Shown: positions 11,601 through 26,700, counted from the stretch's first letter. The stretch: 64,000 nt of DNA from an uncultured Acidobacteriota bacterium (GCA_963729975.1 CAVSPI010000002.1:998-64997); one strand, 5' to 3'. The notes: generated by a model from the letters alone, not told the origin. Numbers and translations are program-made.

Positions 11601-13282
11601 GCTCTTCGAAGTCGTCTGTCCACGCCATCTCGTAGATGGCCCCGCCGGCAAGCTGCGCCCGCTGGATCAGCGGCCACGTCATCCCTGCCGGGGCGGCCGC
11701 GATCGGCGCCGGTGTCACCACGTACTGCACGCCGCTCTCGTGCAGGGCAAGCATCGCTTCGTCCGAGGGAAAGCCGCTCAATGCGTCCACGAGCGACGTG
11801 TAGAACGCCGGCCGCTGCCCACTGTAGCCGTTCAGAATCGGACGCCGGTGCTCGAGCGACTGCACCATGGCGGGTGTGCTCTCGATGTCGAGGCCGAGCG
11901 GCAGGATCGCCACCGCCCCGCTGCCCGGCGCCTGCCGGAGCCAGCGCCCGACATCGGTCGTCCGTGGCGGCGCCGTGACCAGCCGCACCGGCAGGTGGGC
12001 GTACTCGACCACGGCGCAGAGCAGGATGAGGCAGCGGCACCATGTGCCCGCGCAGGTGGCGCCGATGCGCCCCCGGCGACAGCTCTCGCCAGCCGACGGC
12101 CGCCAGCGTCGCCAGCCCGAACATCACCAGCACCGTAAACCGCGCCGGTGCGCGGATGGCCTGGAAGCCGAAGACGTAGCGGTGCAACGCCGCGTAGAGT
12201 GGCCTGACGCCGTCCGGCCCAAGCGACAGGATCGAGCCCCACGACGGTGACGACAGCCATGCCGATCACGAGCGGCCGTGCATCGCTGCGCCATCCCCGC
12301 CAGAGGCCGGCCAGCGCCAGCGCCAGCAGCACGAAGCCCGGAAACAGCTCGCGCTCGGGCCCGGTGTGCGGCACCGCGCCGTCGTCACGCGCCGTGCGCA
12401 GCACGCCGGTGCGGCCGTAGAGCAGGTTGCCGTCGGGCGCCTGCAGGTAGCTGTCGGCGAACGCTGCGTTGCGGCTCGCTTCGTAGAGGTTGCGGCCGAA
12501 CCCCTCGGCCTGCTGCACGCGCCAGTAGACGACGCCGATCGGCAGCACCAGCAGGCGGCCACGACGACGGCCAGCGCCAGCCGCGTCACCAGCAGGCGGC
12601 CGGCGCGCCGGCTCGCCACCATCGCCATCGGAATACCCGCGACCGCGAGCGCGACGCCGCCGATCACGGCGTAGTAAACCGACGACAGTGCCTGCAGCGC
12701 GACCAGCACGCCGAGGAGGATGGCGTCGCGCCGCCGCCGGCCGGCGACCAGCCGATGCCACGCCAGAAACGTCAGCGGAAGGAGGTAGAGCGACTGCAGC
12801 TGCAGGTGCTGCAGGTGCGCGAAGTGATACGAGCCGAAACCCCACGCCAGGCCAGCGAGATAAGCACCGCCGGTGGTGCCGACGATCGAGCGGATGAAGG
12901 CGTGCATGGCGAGCGCGCTGGCGACGAGCGAACCGAGAAGCAGCAGGTTGTAGCAGAGCGCGAGTCGCGCGGTCAGCGGCGTAGAGTGGCGCCAGCACGA
13001 CGCTCTGCAGCAGCATGTGGTCCGAATACGCAAGGGTGCCGGCGGCGGGATGGAAGATGTTGGCGTCGAAGACGCGTCCGCTCAGGAGCGCGCCCGGGTC
13101 GGACAGCACCGTCTGCATGTCCCAGCCGAGGATCCAGAGATTCAGATAGGGATCGCCGGGACCGACCGGCGCGCCGAGCAGGCCGCTGGGACTGCGGCCA
13201 GCGGCCACGTCGTCAGCACCGCGACGACGGTGTAGAACAGGAGCGGCAGCACGAACCAGCGCGTGTCGTTCGTCGCGCTCAT
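11601..13282 (-). CDS. Large polytopic membrane protein, possible glycosyl/mannosyltransferase-like (PMT/ArnT-like topology), multiply frameshifted
   Basis: MSATNDTRWFVLPLLFYTVVAVLTTWPL..GDPYLNLWILGWDMQ, many TM segments (ORFs 12266..13033 and 11832..13208), and a C-terminal soluble part in ORF 10828..12012. The functional label is weak. Confidence 0.5.
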
Positions 13283-13313
13283 GTTCGTCTGTTCGGATGC
13301 GTGGGCGTGGGCG

Positions 13314-14764
<1,451 letters not shown>

Positions 14765-14903
14765 GACGATGCCACATGCCGATGCTCAGGGAGAGACCGG
14801 GCGCTCCGGGTGCGAGTGCCGCTGCTGATTCTCGCATTCTTTGCGCCCGGATCCCTGCCGCATCAGGCATCCGGCATCGCGCGTCTGTGATCGCGCCCGC
14901 CGT

Positions 14904-16507
<1,604 letters not shown>

Positions 16508-16765
16508 ACTCAGTGACTCCCCAGATGGGCGGCGGTGCGGCTGCCCGGATGGCGGCCTCGTCGAAACACCGCCCGTCGACAACAAAAAAGAAGGAATGGT
16601 ACCGGGCGGATCGGAGCCAAGTCAACTATGGGCTCCCGGCGGCGTAAAATGGCTGTATAGTGAAGCCTCCACACACCTTATTTCGGCGGACCGGCGACGA
16701 CTCGTTAACCATCTGTAAAATTTGTTAAGAGACGGTAAACAGCCGCAGGAAACCCACCGTAATCC

Positions 16766-17434
16766 ATGACACGAACTCCTCCCGACGCGCGGCGTCTTCG
16801 GATGCAGCCCGGGCGAGTCTTCGGCGACGCACCCTGCCGTCGGCTCGATTCCGCTGTCGCGAGGGTCGCTGATCGCCGGCGAGATCAAGGCGCTCGTGCG
16901 TCGGCGGCGACCGCGAGACGGCTCGCGAGCGCTTCGGGGAACTGGTGGCGCACCAGCAGCGTCGTGCCGTCCGGATCGCCTATCACTACCTGCGCGATGC
17001 CCACGACGCCGACGAGGCGGTGCAGGACGCCTTCGTCAAGGTGTTCAACCACATCGGGAGCTACCGCGAGGAACTGCCGTTCGAGGTCTGGTTCACGCGC
17101 ATTCTCGTCAACGGCTGCCTCGACTTGCGCAAGGCGCGGGCGCGACGGCTGCGCTGGGTGGTGCCGATGCTGCCGACGCCTCGACGCGGTGCCGCCGGAC
17201 CCGCCGGCGCTCGACCCGTCGCCCGAGCAGCGGCTGGTGTCGAGCGAGCGCGGCCGGGAAATCGCGGCGGCGGTCGAGCAGCTGCCCGACCGGCAGCGGA
17301 CGGTGTTTACGCTCTGTCACATGGCCGAACAGAGCACGAGCGAAGTCAGTGAGGCGCTGGGCCTCAGCGAAGCCACGGTTCGCGTGCACCTGTTCCGCGC
17401 CGTCCGCAAGCTGCGGCGGCTGTTGGAGCGATAG
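16766..17434 (+). CDS. ECF-type RNA polymerase sigma-70 family factor, frameshifted; start uncertain
   Basis: Region 2: GDRETARERFGELVAHQQRRAVRIAYHYLRDAHDADEAVQDAFVKVF...WFTRILVNGCLDLRK. Region 4: LPDRQRTVFTLCHMAEQSTSEVSEALGLSEATVRVHLFRAVRKLR. Confidence 0.8.
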   Translation: MTRTPPDARRLRMQPGRVFGDAPCRRLDSAVARVADRRRDQGARASAATARRLASASGNWWRTSSVVPSGSPITTCAMPTTPTRRCRTPSSRCSTTSGATARNCRSRSGSRAFSSTAASTCARRGRDGCAGWCRCCRRLDAVPPDPPALDPSPEQRLVSSERGREIAAAVEQLPDRQRTVFTLCHMAEQSTSEVSEALGLSEATVRVHLFRAVRKLRRLLER

Positions 17435-17436
17435 CC

Positions 17437-18010
17437 ATGACACACAGCCACTTTGCCGACGACCAGCTCGTGGAAATGTGCCTCACCGGCAGTCCGTCGC
17501 GCTTCAGGAGCAGCAGCATCTGGGCGTCTGCGCGACATGCGCAGGCGCGCCGCGATCGGCATCGCCTCGCTGCTCGACGAGGTGACCGACGAGGCGGCGC
17601 ACGGCGACGCCGACGCGGCGTTTCCCGCCGAACGCCTGGCCAGGCAGCAGGCGCGCATCCTCCAGCGCATCGAGCAGGAAGGGCGTCCCGGCCGCGTCCT
17701 CGCGTTTCCGGCCGCCCAGGCGCACGAGGCCATCGTTGCGTCCGGTCCGGCGGCCCGGCCAGCCGCTGGATTGCCGCCGCCGCCGTCGCGGGCCTGGTCG
17801 TCGGGCTGGTCGCCGGACGCATCGGCCAGCGTCCGTCCGCACTGAGCGCGGCGACGGCCGACGCGCGCCCGGCCACGCCGTTCGATGCCGCGTTCAGGGC
17901 GAACGTCAGCGCCTCGGACGAAGAGTTCCTCGGCCAGATCGAGCTCGCCATCGCCGCGGTGGCGGCCAGCGCTCAGCGCTCGACGACCTGACGCCGCGCG
18001 CCTGGACGAA
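17437..18010 (+). CDS. Probable anti-sigma factor (single TM), frameshifted; end uncertain
   Basis: It starts 3 nt after the sigma gene stop. MTHSHFADDQLVEMCLTG..., a TM segment WIAAAAVAGLVVGLVAGRI, then DEEFLGQIELAI. The call rests on position and topology only. Confidence 0.45.
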
Positions 18011-18240
18011 CGTCAGTCACGATCGCTGCGCGAGCCGGCGATCCCGTGCCAGCTGCAGGCTCAGTCGAGCCTCGTCGGCGCCATCGACGGCCTCGCCGGT
18101 CGCGCCATCGCCCGCCGGTGTCGCACATCGCGGCCGATCTCCCGGCCGACACGCCGGCCCGGCGACGCCTCTGCAGTGCGACGCCGATCGTGCGATGATC
18201 GCAGTGTCGAGCATGCACGGCGTCCCGATTCCAGAACCAG

Positions 18241-19457
18241 ATGACCCAACCGCTGATCTTCCGCAAGGGCCTCGACCTCAAGCACGAGGTCGCGCACGTC
18301 CTCGCCGAGCGCTACCACAGCGACCTGGTCGACAGCGATCAAGGCGGACGACTACCGCTATCGCGCCGGCCGCCTGCAGATCTGGCTCGCCCGCGAGTTC
18401 GGCTTCTGCTACGGCGTCGATCGCGCCGTGGACTACGCCTACCAGGCGCGACGGCGGTTCCCCGACCGCCCGGTGCTCCTGACCGGCGAGATCATCCACA
18501 ACCCGCACGTCAACGACCAGCTGCGCGGCCAGGGCATCCGCTTCCTGAGCGATCCCGACGAGTCGATCGACGCGCTGACGCCCGATGACGTGGTCATGCT
18601 GCCGGCGTTCGGCGTCACGATCGAGTTGCTGCAGCAGCTGGTCGAGCGCGGCTGCACGATGGTCGACACCACCTGCGGCTCGGTGCTCAACGTCTGGAAG
18701 AACGTCAAGCGCTACGCCGGCGACGGCTTCACCTCGATCATCCACGGCAAGCACTGGCACGAGGAGACGCGCGCCACGGCGTCGCAGGCGCTGCACGCCG
18801 GCGGGCACTATCTGGTCGTGCTGAACCGCGACGAGGCCGACGAGGTCTGCCGCTACATCCGGCGAGGGTGGCGAGGCGCAGCCGTTCCTCGAGCGCTTCG
18901 CCGCCGCGGCGTCGCCGGGCTTCGATCCCGACCGCCACCTCGAGCGCGTCGGCTGCGCCAACCAGACGACGATGCTGAGCACCGAGTCGCTGGAGATCGG
19001 CGAGCAGTTCCGCCAGGCGATGACCGCCCGCCACGGCGCCGAGCCAGCCTGGCGCAGCGCTTCCGCGCCTTCGACACCATCTGCAGCGCCACCCAGGACC
19101 GGCAGGACGCCGTGCAGGCGCTGCTCGCCGAGCGGCACGCTCGACGCGATGATCGTGCATCGGCGGCTACAACAGCAGCAACACCTACAACCTGGCCCGG
19201 ATGTGCGCGGCGCGGGTGCCGACGTACCACATCGCCGATGCCGAGGCGCTGCTCTCGGAGGAGGCGATTCGGCACAAACCCGTCGACGGCCGCAGCGAAG
19301 ATCACCACGCGCGGCTGGCTGCCGGCGGACGGGCGATCTCCACGTCGGCCTGACGTCGGGCGCCTCGACGCCGGACAACGTGGTCGGGGCGGTGATCCGG
19401 CGGCTCGAGGCGCTGGCCAACGGCGTCGCGCCGCAGGCGCGCGACGTCCTCGCCTGA
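18241..19457 (+). CDS. ispH: 4-hydroxy-3-methylbut-2-enyl diphosphate reductase (long form), about four frame breaks
   Basis: FGFCYGVDRAVDYAY, GEIIHNPHVN, VDTTCGSVLNVWK, IIHGKHWHEETRAT, VGCANQTTM, FDTICSATQDRQDAV, GGYNSSNT and GLTSGASTPDNVV. Confidence 0.9.
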
Positions 19458-19538
19458 TTCGCTCAACTGATTCGGCGGATCGCGACAATTCGCGACGCGA
19501 GACCCGCAGCGCGGCGGCGTCCGCGCTCGTCAACGACC

Positions 19539-19793
19539 CTACTCGGACTGCCCTTCCGGCTCGATGGTGACCCGCACGCGCTGGCCGACCTTGCTCGCGC
19601 AGGTAGGCGTGCAGCGCGCTGCCTGGCTTGACGACGAGCATCGTCTGCGCGTCGAGGGCGAAGTAGCCTTCCTGCGCTTCCTGGTCGGTGGCGCCGATGC
19701 GGCCGGCGATGGTCGACCGACTGCTGCGCCGCCGACCGAGATCCCGAGCACGACCGCCGCGATCAGGGCGACGAGCATCATGAGCCGTTTCAT
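19539..19793 (-). CDS. Small exported hypothetical protein (~83 aa after frame repair)
   Basis: MKRLMMLVALIAAVVLGISVGG (signal peptide), then IAGRIGATDQEAQEGYFALDAQTMLVVKPGSALHAYLREQ and VGQRVRVTIEPEGQSE in other frames. A GGAG lies 10 nt upstream of the ATG. Confidence 0.55.
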   Translation of the reverse strand: MKRLMMLVALIAAVVLGISVGGAAVGRPSPAASAPPTRKRRKATSPSTRRRCSSSSQAARCTPTCASKVGQRVRVTIEPEGQSE

Positions 19794-19845
19794 AGCCAGT
19801 TTTCTCCGGAATGAATCGCCGTGCGTGCGATACTGCCACAGAAGC

Positions 19846-19860
19846 GCAAGCGGTGTGCCA
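19846..19860 (-). promoter_or_regulatory. Sigma-54 (-24/-12) promoter
   Basis: The minus strand reads TGGCAC-ACCGC-TTGC(G), matching consensus TGGCAC-N5-TTGC(A/T) with exact GG/GC spacing. It sits ~50 nt upstream of the ATG at 19793. Confidence 0.6.
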
Positions 19861-19998
19861 GCAACCGTTCGTTCGACCGGTGACTTTCGCGCCTCGACGA
19901 CCGCCGACGTCCGCCATGCAGCGAGCTATTCGTATGTGTTTGCTGGCGCGGCAGTAAACGCTCCCTCGACCTGGGGTCGTAAACTCGGGCAGTCAACC

Positions 19999-20444
19999 AT
20001 GAAAGTCTCAATATTTTCGCTGTGGCGAGCAGTCGCCCTGCTGGCGTTCGTCTTGTGCGCGGCGGTTCCCGCGTCGGCGCAGGGTTTCAAGTGGTGGCAG
20101 GACGACACGTTCCGCCGCGAGCTCGGCCTGACCCAGGAGCAGACCACGCGCCTCGAGGCGATCTTCCAGAAATCGCTGCCGACGCTGCGCAAGCAGAAGG
20201 ACGCGCTCGACCGCGCCCAGGCCGAGTTCGACCGGCTGGTCGAGGGCGGGGACGACGGCTCGGTGATGGACCAGGTCGGCGTCGTCGAAGGCGCGCGCGC
20301 CGAGCTCAACAAGGCGCGGACGCTGATGCTGCTGCACATGCGCCGAGTCTGACCGCCGACCAGTGGGCCAAGTTCACGGCGCTCCATTCCGCGCAGGAGC
20401 GCGAGCGCGACCGGACGGCCTCGGGGCCCGACCGCAACCGGTAA
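19999..20444 (+). CDS. Periplasmic Spy/CpxP-family (LTXXQ motif) protein, one frameshift
   Basis: Signal peptide MKVSIFSLWRAVALLAFVLCAAVPASAQ. Two LTXXQ motifs (LTQEQTTRLEAIF and LTADQWAKFTAL). Confidence 0.7.
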
Positions 20445-20464
20445 CGTCGCAGTACGCAAGGACC

Positions 20465-22217
20465 ATGCAGATGAAGATTCAGCTGTGCGCCACAGCGCTC
20501 GTGGCGCACTGTCGCCGGCGCCGCTGGCGCGCACGCGTGTTCGCCCGCTGGCTGACTGCCGCCTCCGCGCAGGAGCAGCGAGCGCGCGCGGCTCGACGAG
20601 ATTGCGCGCATCGCCGGGCAGCAGTTCGCGGCGAACCGGGCCAGCCTGGACGAGCAGACCCGTCCGACGGTGCCACCGCCCGAAGCCGGCACGGCGGTCA
20701 GCCTCACGTTGAACGAGGCGACGACGCGCGCGCTCGAGCGCAACCTCGATATCGCCGTCGAACGCCTGAATCCGCAGACCTTCGACCTGCAGATTGCGCG
20801 GTTCGCGGCCGCCTACCGCCCCACGGCTCACGTCGGCGTTCGGGCAGCGCTCGATCGTCACGCCGCCGACCAGCACGTTGAACGGCGGCTTCGTCGTCGA
20901 GCACGACACGACCACCTACAACGCCGGCCTGGCCCAGGCGTTCCGCTGGACCGGCGGCAACGTGCAGTTCTCGTTCAACAACAACAAGCAGGTCACCAAC
21001 AACCGCAACGTCAACTTCAACCCGAGCTTCCAGAACTCGTTCAGCCTGGTGGCGACGCAGCCGCTGCTGCGCGGCTTGTTCATCGACAACAACCGCCAGC
21101 AGCTGCGGGTCACGGCGATCAACCGCGACATCTCGGAGATCCAGCTGCGCGGCACGATCGCCACCACGCTCGCCACGGTGCGCAACTCCTACTGGGAGCT
21201 GGTCTACGCCATCGAGGCGGTCGAGGTCGCGCGCGGCTCGCTGACGCTGGCCGAGAAGCTGGTCGAGGACAACCGCGCGCGCGTCGAAGTCGGCACGATG
21301 GCGCCGCTCGACGTGGTGCAGGCGGAAGCCGAGGTCGCGACGCGCCGCCAGGCGCTGGCGCAGGCCGAGGCGACGTGGCGCACCACCGAGCTGACGCTGA
21401 AGCGGCTGATCGTCAACGGCACCGACGATCCGCTGTGGCGCGCGTCGCTCACCCCGACCGACCGCCCGACGTTCGCGCCCGAGCCGCTCGACGTCGAGAG
21501 CGCGGTCCGCCGGGCGCTCGACAGCGCGCACCGACCTGGCGCAGGCGCGCCGGACGATCGAGGGCAACGACGTGACGCTGCGCTTCATGCGCAACCAGAC
21601 GCTGCCGGCGCTCGACCTGATCGCGAACTACGGCGCGCAGGGGCTGGGCGGCACGCAGTTCATCCGCCAGGGCTGCGGGCGTGACGCAGCGCGATCATCG
21701 GCAGCCATCCCGGGCGGCTACGCCGACGCCTTCCGCACCCTCACCGGCCGCGACTTCCCGACCTGGAACGTGCAGCTGAACGTCAGCTATCCGCTCGGCG
21801 GCAGCGCCGCCGACGCGCAGTACGCGCGCGGCCCGGGTGCAGCGCAACCAGTCGGCGGCGCAGCTGCGCGCGCTCGAGCTGCAGGTGGCGACCGAGGTCG
21901 ACCAGCGCGGCGCTGCAGGTCGAGAGCAGCCTCAAGCGCTACGAGGCGGCGACGCGCGGCGCGCGTCGCTGGCGCAGACGCGGCTCGACGCCGAGCAGAG
22001 CCGCTTCGACGTCGGCCTGTCCACCAACTTCTTCGTCGTCCAGGCGCAGCGCGACCTGTCGACGGCGCAGAACTCCGAGCTGCGCGCGCTGCTCGACTAC
22101 CGCCGCGCGCTCGTCGACTACGAGCGCGTGCAGGAATCGCCGGCGAACCGCACGGCGCGCGGCATCACGGTGATCAACGCCGCCGGTGGCGGCGCTGGCG
22201 CCGTCGCCGGCAACTGA
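20465..22217 (+). CDS. TolC-family outer membrane efflux protein, frameshifted
   Basis: LTLNEATTRALERNLDIAVERLN, LVATQPLLRGL..NRQQL, ARVEVGTMAPLDVVQAEAEVA and SRFDVGLSTNFFVVQAQRDLSTAQNSELRALLDYRRALVDYERV. Confidence 0.88.
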
Positions 22218-22273
22218 TTCACCGACGCACTACAGACCTTCAGCAGGAGCGGATTGTTTTTCTGAATCGATTC

Positions 22274-23682
22274 ATGAAGAAACTGGTCATCCTCGTCGTG
22301 GTCGTCGCCGCGCTGGCCGGCGTGGCGTTCTACTCGGGTCTCTTCAGCCGCGAGACCACGCAGGCCGCAGCGGCCGAATCAGGCGCCGGGCGCGACGGCG
22401 CGGCGCGCCGGGCGGCGCCCGGCGGGCGCGGCGGCCGCGGCGGCCGCGGCGCCTTCGGCGGCGGCCGATGACGGTCGAGCTCGGCAACGTCCAGCAAGGG
22501 CCAGGTCGACGCGAGCAGCTCATCGTCGTCGGCAACCTGATTGGCGATGCCACGGTGTCGGTCGTGCCGCGCGCCGCCGGGCCGACTGCAGGACATCTGC
22601 GTCACGCTCGGCGACCGGGTCTCGCGCGGGCAGCGCATCGGCAAGATCGAGGACCAGGAGATGCAGGAGCAGGTCAAGCAGGCCGAGGCGGCCTTCCAGG
22701 TGGCCTCGGCGACGATCCGCCAGCGCGAGGCCGACCTGTCGCTGGCCCTGACCAACGTCGAGCGCTCGCGCAGCCTGCTTCGAACGCGCAGCTGCTGCCG
22801 AAGCAGACGCTCGACGACAACGAGGCGCGCTACCAGTCGGCGCTCGCCCAGCTCGACCTGGCGCGCGCGCAGAACTAGCAGTCGCAGGCGCGTCTCGACG
22901 AGCTGCGCATCAACCTGGCCAACACCGTCATCGTCTCGCCGGTCGACGGCTTCGTGGCGCGGCGCGCGGCCGACCCGGGCGCGTTCGTCTCGCAGAACGC
23001 CCCGCTCGTCGACGTCGTCGACATCCGCCGCGTCCGGCTGGTCGTCAACGTCGTCGAGAAGGATCTGAAGCCGCTCAGGGTCGGCGACATGACGGAGCGT
23101 CGACGTCGATGCCTTTCCCGGCGAGAACTTTCCCGGCCGCATCGCCCGCGTCGCGCCGGTGCTCGACCCGGCGACGCGGACGGCGTCGATCGAGATCGAG
23201 ATTCGACAACCCGTCGTATCCGCCTCAAGCCCGGGATGTACGCGCGCGTGCGGCATCAAGACCGGCAGCCGCAAGGATGCGCTCGTCGTGCCGCCCAACG
23301 CGGTCGTCGACGTCAACGGCCAGCGCGGCGTCTTCATCGCCACCGAGAACAACACCGCGGCGTTCCAGCCGGTGCAGGTCGGGATCGAAGAAGCCACCCA
23401 GGTCGAGATTCGTCAGCGGCGCTCGCAGGATGGCCAGCGCGTCGTGACCACCGGCGCCTCCTCGCTGACCGACGGCGCCCGCTTCATCGTCGCCGGCGCC
23501 GGTGACGGCCGCGGGCCGGCCGGCGGCGCGACCGGCGGCGGCGCCAGCGCCTCCAACGGCCAGCGCTTCGGGGCTGGTGCCAGATACCCGGCGGGTCGCC
23601 GCCTCAGCGGCAACGGCGGCCGGCGCGGCCGCCGGGGCGGCGAGGCGGCGTCCCCGGGGCAGCCGCCGCGCCAGGCCGTTAG
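22274..23682 (+). CDS. Efflux RND periplasmic adaptor (membrane fusion protein), frameshifted, with an in-frame TAG at 22876
   Basis: MKKLVILVVVVAALAGVAFY, GRLQDICVTLGDRVSRGQRIGKIEDQE, a coiled coil (QVKQAEAAFQVASATIRQREADL...ARYQSALAQLDLARAQN), VIVSPVDGFVARR and DALVVPPNAVVDVNGQRGVFI. The C-terminal end is chosen at the TAG at 23680 in frame 1. Confidence 0.85.
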
Positions 23683-23738
23683 TCATGCCGTTCATCAGCC
23701 ATTCGTCACACGGTGTCCTTCCTCGACAGAGAGCTGCC

Positions 23739-26700
23739 ATGAGCATTCCTCGTCTCGCCATCCAACGTCCGGTCACCATGTTCATGTTCAGCGCGGTGGT
23801 CGTCATTCTCGGCGCCATCTCGCTGACCCGCCTGCCGGTCGACCTGATGCCGGAGTTCGCGCAGCCGACGATCACCGTCAGCGTCACCTACACCGGCGTC
23901 GGACCGCTCGAGATGGAGGAGCTGGTCACGCGGCCGCTCGAACAGGCGGTCAGCGCCGTCGCCGGCCTCGAGCAGGTGAACTCGACGTCTTCCGGAAGGC
24001 CGCAGCCAGGTCCGCCTCAACTTCGGCTGGGGCACCGACCTCGCCGAGGCGGCCGACGACGTGCGCAGCCGCATCGACCGCGTGCGCGGCCGCATGCCGG
24101 AAGAAGCCGAGCCGCCACAGATCTTCAAGGCCGACTCGAACGCGATGCCGATCATCAACCTCGCGGTCGACGGCGACTACGACCCGGTGACGCTGCGCGA
24201 GATGGCGCAGAACGACCTGGCGCCTCGCCTCGAGCGCGCGCCCGGCGTGGCCGCGGTCAACGTCAACGGCGGCCTGCGCCGCCAGATCCACGTCGAGCTG
24301 TCGAAGGAGAAGATCACCGCGCTCAACCTTTCGGTCGACCGCGTCGTGCAGACGCTGCGCACCGAGAACGAGAACCTGCCGCTCGGCGAAGTCGACCAGG
24401 GCGACTCCACCTATCTGGTCCGCAGCCAGGGGCAGTTCACCAGCCTCGACGACATCCGCAACCTCGTCGTGCTGACGCGTGACGGCGTGCCGGTCTACCT
24501 GCGCGACGTCGCCGACGTCAACGACTCCACCGAAGATCGCCGGCAGTTCCTGCGCATCAACGGCAGTCCCGCCGTCCGCATGAGCGTCAACAAGCAGTCG
24601 GGCGAGAACACCGTCGCGGTGGCGCAGGGCATCAAGGCGGAGATGGCGCGGATCAACCGCGAGGTGCCCGGCATCCGCATGCAGGTCACCAACGACCAGT
24701 CGATCTTCATCGAGCGCGCCATCCTCAACGTGCAGGAGCACGCGCGTCATCGGCGGCGTGCTGGTCGTGCTGATCATCTTCGCGTTCCTGCGCGATTTCC
24801 GCTCGACGCTGATCGTCTGCACGTCGATTCCGGTCTCGGTCATCGGCACGTTCGCGCTGCTCTACTTCGGCGGCTTCACGCTCAACACGATGACCTTCGG
24901 CGGCCTGGCTCTCGGCATCGGCATGATCGTCGACGCCGCGATCGTCGTGCTCGAGAACACCCACCGGCACCTGCACATGGGCAAGGACCGGGTGACGGCC
25001 GCCATCGACGGCAGCGAAGAGGTGTGGTCGGCGATTCTCGCCTCGACCCTCACGCACATCGCCGTCTTCGTGCCGCTGCTGTTCCTGTCCGGCACGGCCA
25101 GCGTGCTGTTCACGCAGCTCTCGTTCGTCGTGATGTTCTCGCTGGCGATGTCGCTCTTCGTCGCGGTCACCATCGTGCCGGTGCTCTGCTCACGCTGGCT
25201 GCACACGCCGGACGAGGAAAAGGAGCGCAAGGGCATCACCGGTGCGATGTTCCGCGCCAGCGAGCGCTTCCTCGACGGCATGGACGAGGGCTACCGCAAG
25301 CTGATTCACGTCACCCTCAATCACCGCCCGACGGTCCTGGCGGCGGCCGTCGCGCTCGTGGTCGCAACGGTGATGCTCTATCCGCTGATCGGCGTCGAAC
25401 TGCTGCCGCAGACCGACGAGGGCGAGGTCAACGTCAACGCCGAGCTCGCCGTCGGCACGCGCATCGAGCGCACCGAGGCGGTGCTGTATCAGCTCGAGGA
25501 GCGCATCAAGGAAGCCGTGCCCGAAGCCACCAACTTCATCACCAACGGCGGCGGCGGCGGTGGTGGCGGCCGTTCGGCGGCGGCGGCTCGAGCCATCGCG
25601 GCAGCATCACCATCCGGCTGGTGCCGCGCGACGAGCGCCAGCGCACCAACGACGAGATCGCGCAGGATCTGCGGCGGAAGCTCGCCGGCCTGCCCGGCGT
25701 CATCGTCCGCGCCAATCCCTCGGGCGGCAACTTCCAGTTGAACAACCTCCTCGGCGGCGGCGGCGGCGACAGCCGGCTCGCGCTCGAGATTCGCGGCCAC
25801 GACCTCGACGGAGGCCCGCCGCATCGCCCAGGACGCGCAGGCCATCATGCGCGAAACGCCCGGCATCGCCGACGTCCGCATCGGCCGCGAAGAAGGGCGC
25901 CCGGAACTCGCCATCCGCGTCGACCGGCCGAAGGCCGCGATGCTCGGCATGACGGTGCAGAGCGTCGCCAACACGATCCAGACCAACGTCGCCGGCACCA
26001 CGGCCGCGCAGTACCGCGAGCGCGGCAACGAGTACCCGGTCGTCGTCCGGCTGCGCGAGACCGACCGCGGAGGCGTCGCCGACATCGGCGACGTGCTGGT
26101 CAGCACGCCCGGCGGCCAGGTGGTGCCGGCGCGCAACCTGCTCGCGGTCGACCGCGAGACCGGCCCGGTGCAGATCGACCGCAAGAACATGGAGCGCATC
26201 ACGCGCGTCAACGCCGAGACCGAGGTGACGCTCAGCGACGCGGTCGACGGCGGTCCAGGAGCGGGTCAGCCAGATCCGGCGCTCGCCCGACTTCTCGGTC
26301 GGCTTCGGATCCGAGGTCGAGGAACAGGCCAAGTCGTTCCAGCAGCTGCAGCTGGTGCTGATCCTCGCCGTGCTGCTGGTCTACGCCGTGATGGCGTCGC
26401 AGTACGAGTCGCTGCGCGACCCGTTCATCATCATGTTCTCGATTCCGGTCGCCGCCATCGGCGTCGTGCTGGGCCTGCTGCTGACCAACACGCCGTTCAG
26501 CATGCAGGCCTACATCGGCGTCATCATGCTGGCCGGCATCGTCGTCAGCAACGCCATCCTGCTGGTCGACTACATCAACACGCTGCGCCGCCGCGACAAG
26601 ATGCCGCTGCGCGAGGCGGTGGAGATCGGCGGCCGCACGCGCCTGCGGCCGATTCTGATGACGTCGATCGCCACGATGCTCGGCCTGGTGCCGATGGCCA

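Noticed and set aside
16508-16765. A riboswitch or ECF-type promoter in the AT-richer pckA / sigma-factor intergenic region.
   Set aside because: I could not identify a convincing GGAAC-N16-CGT-type ECF promoter or any known riboswitch core by eye. It is left unannotated.
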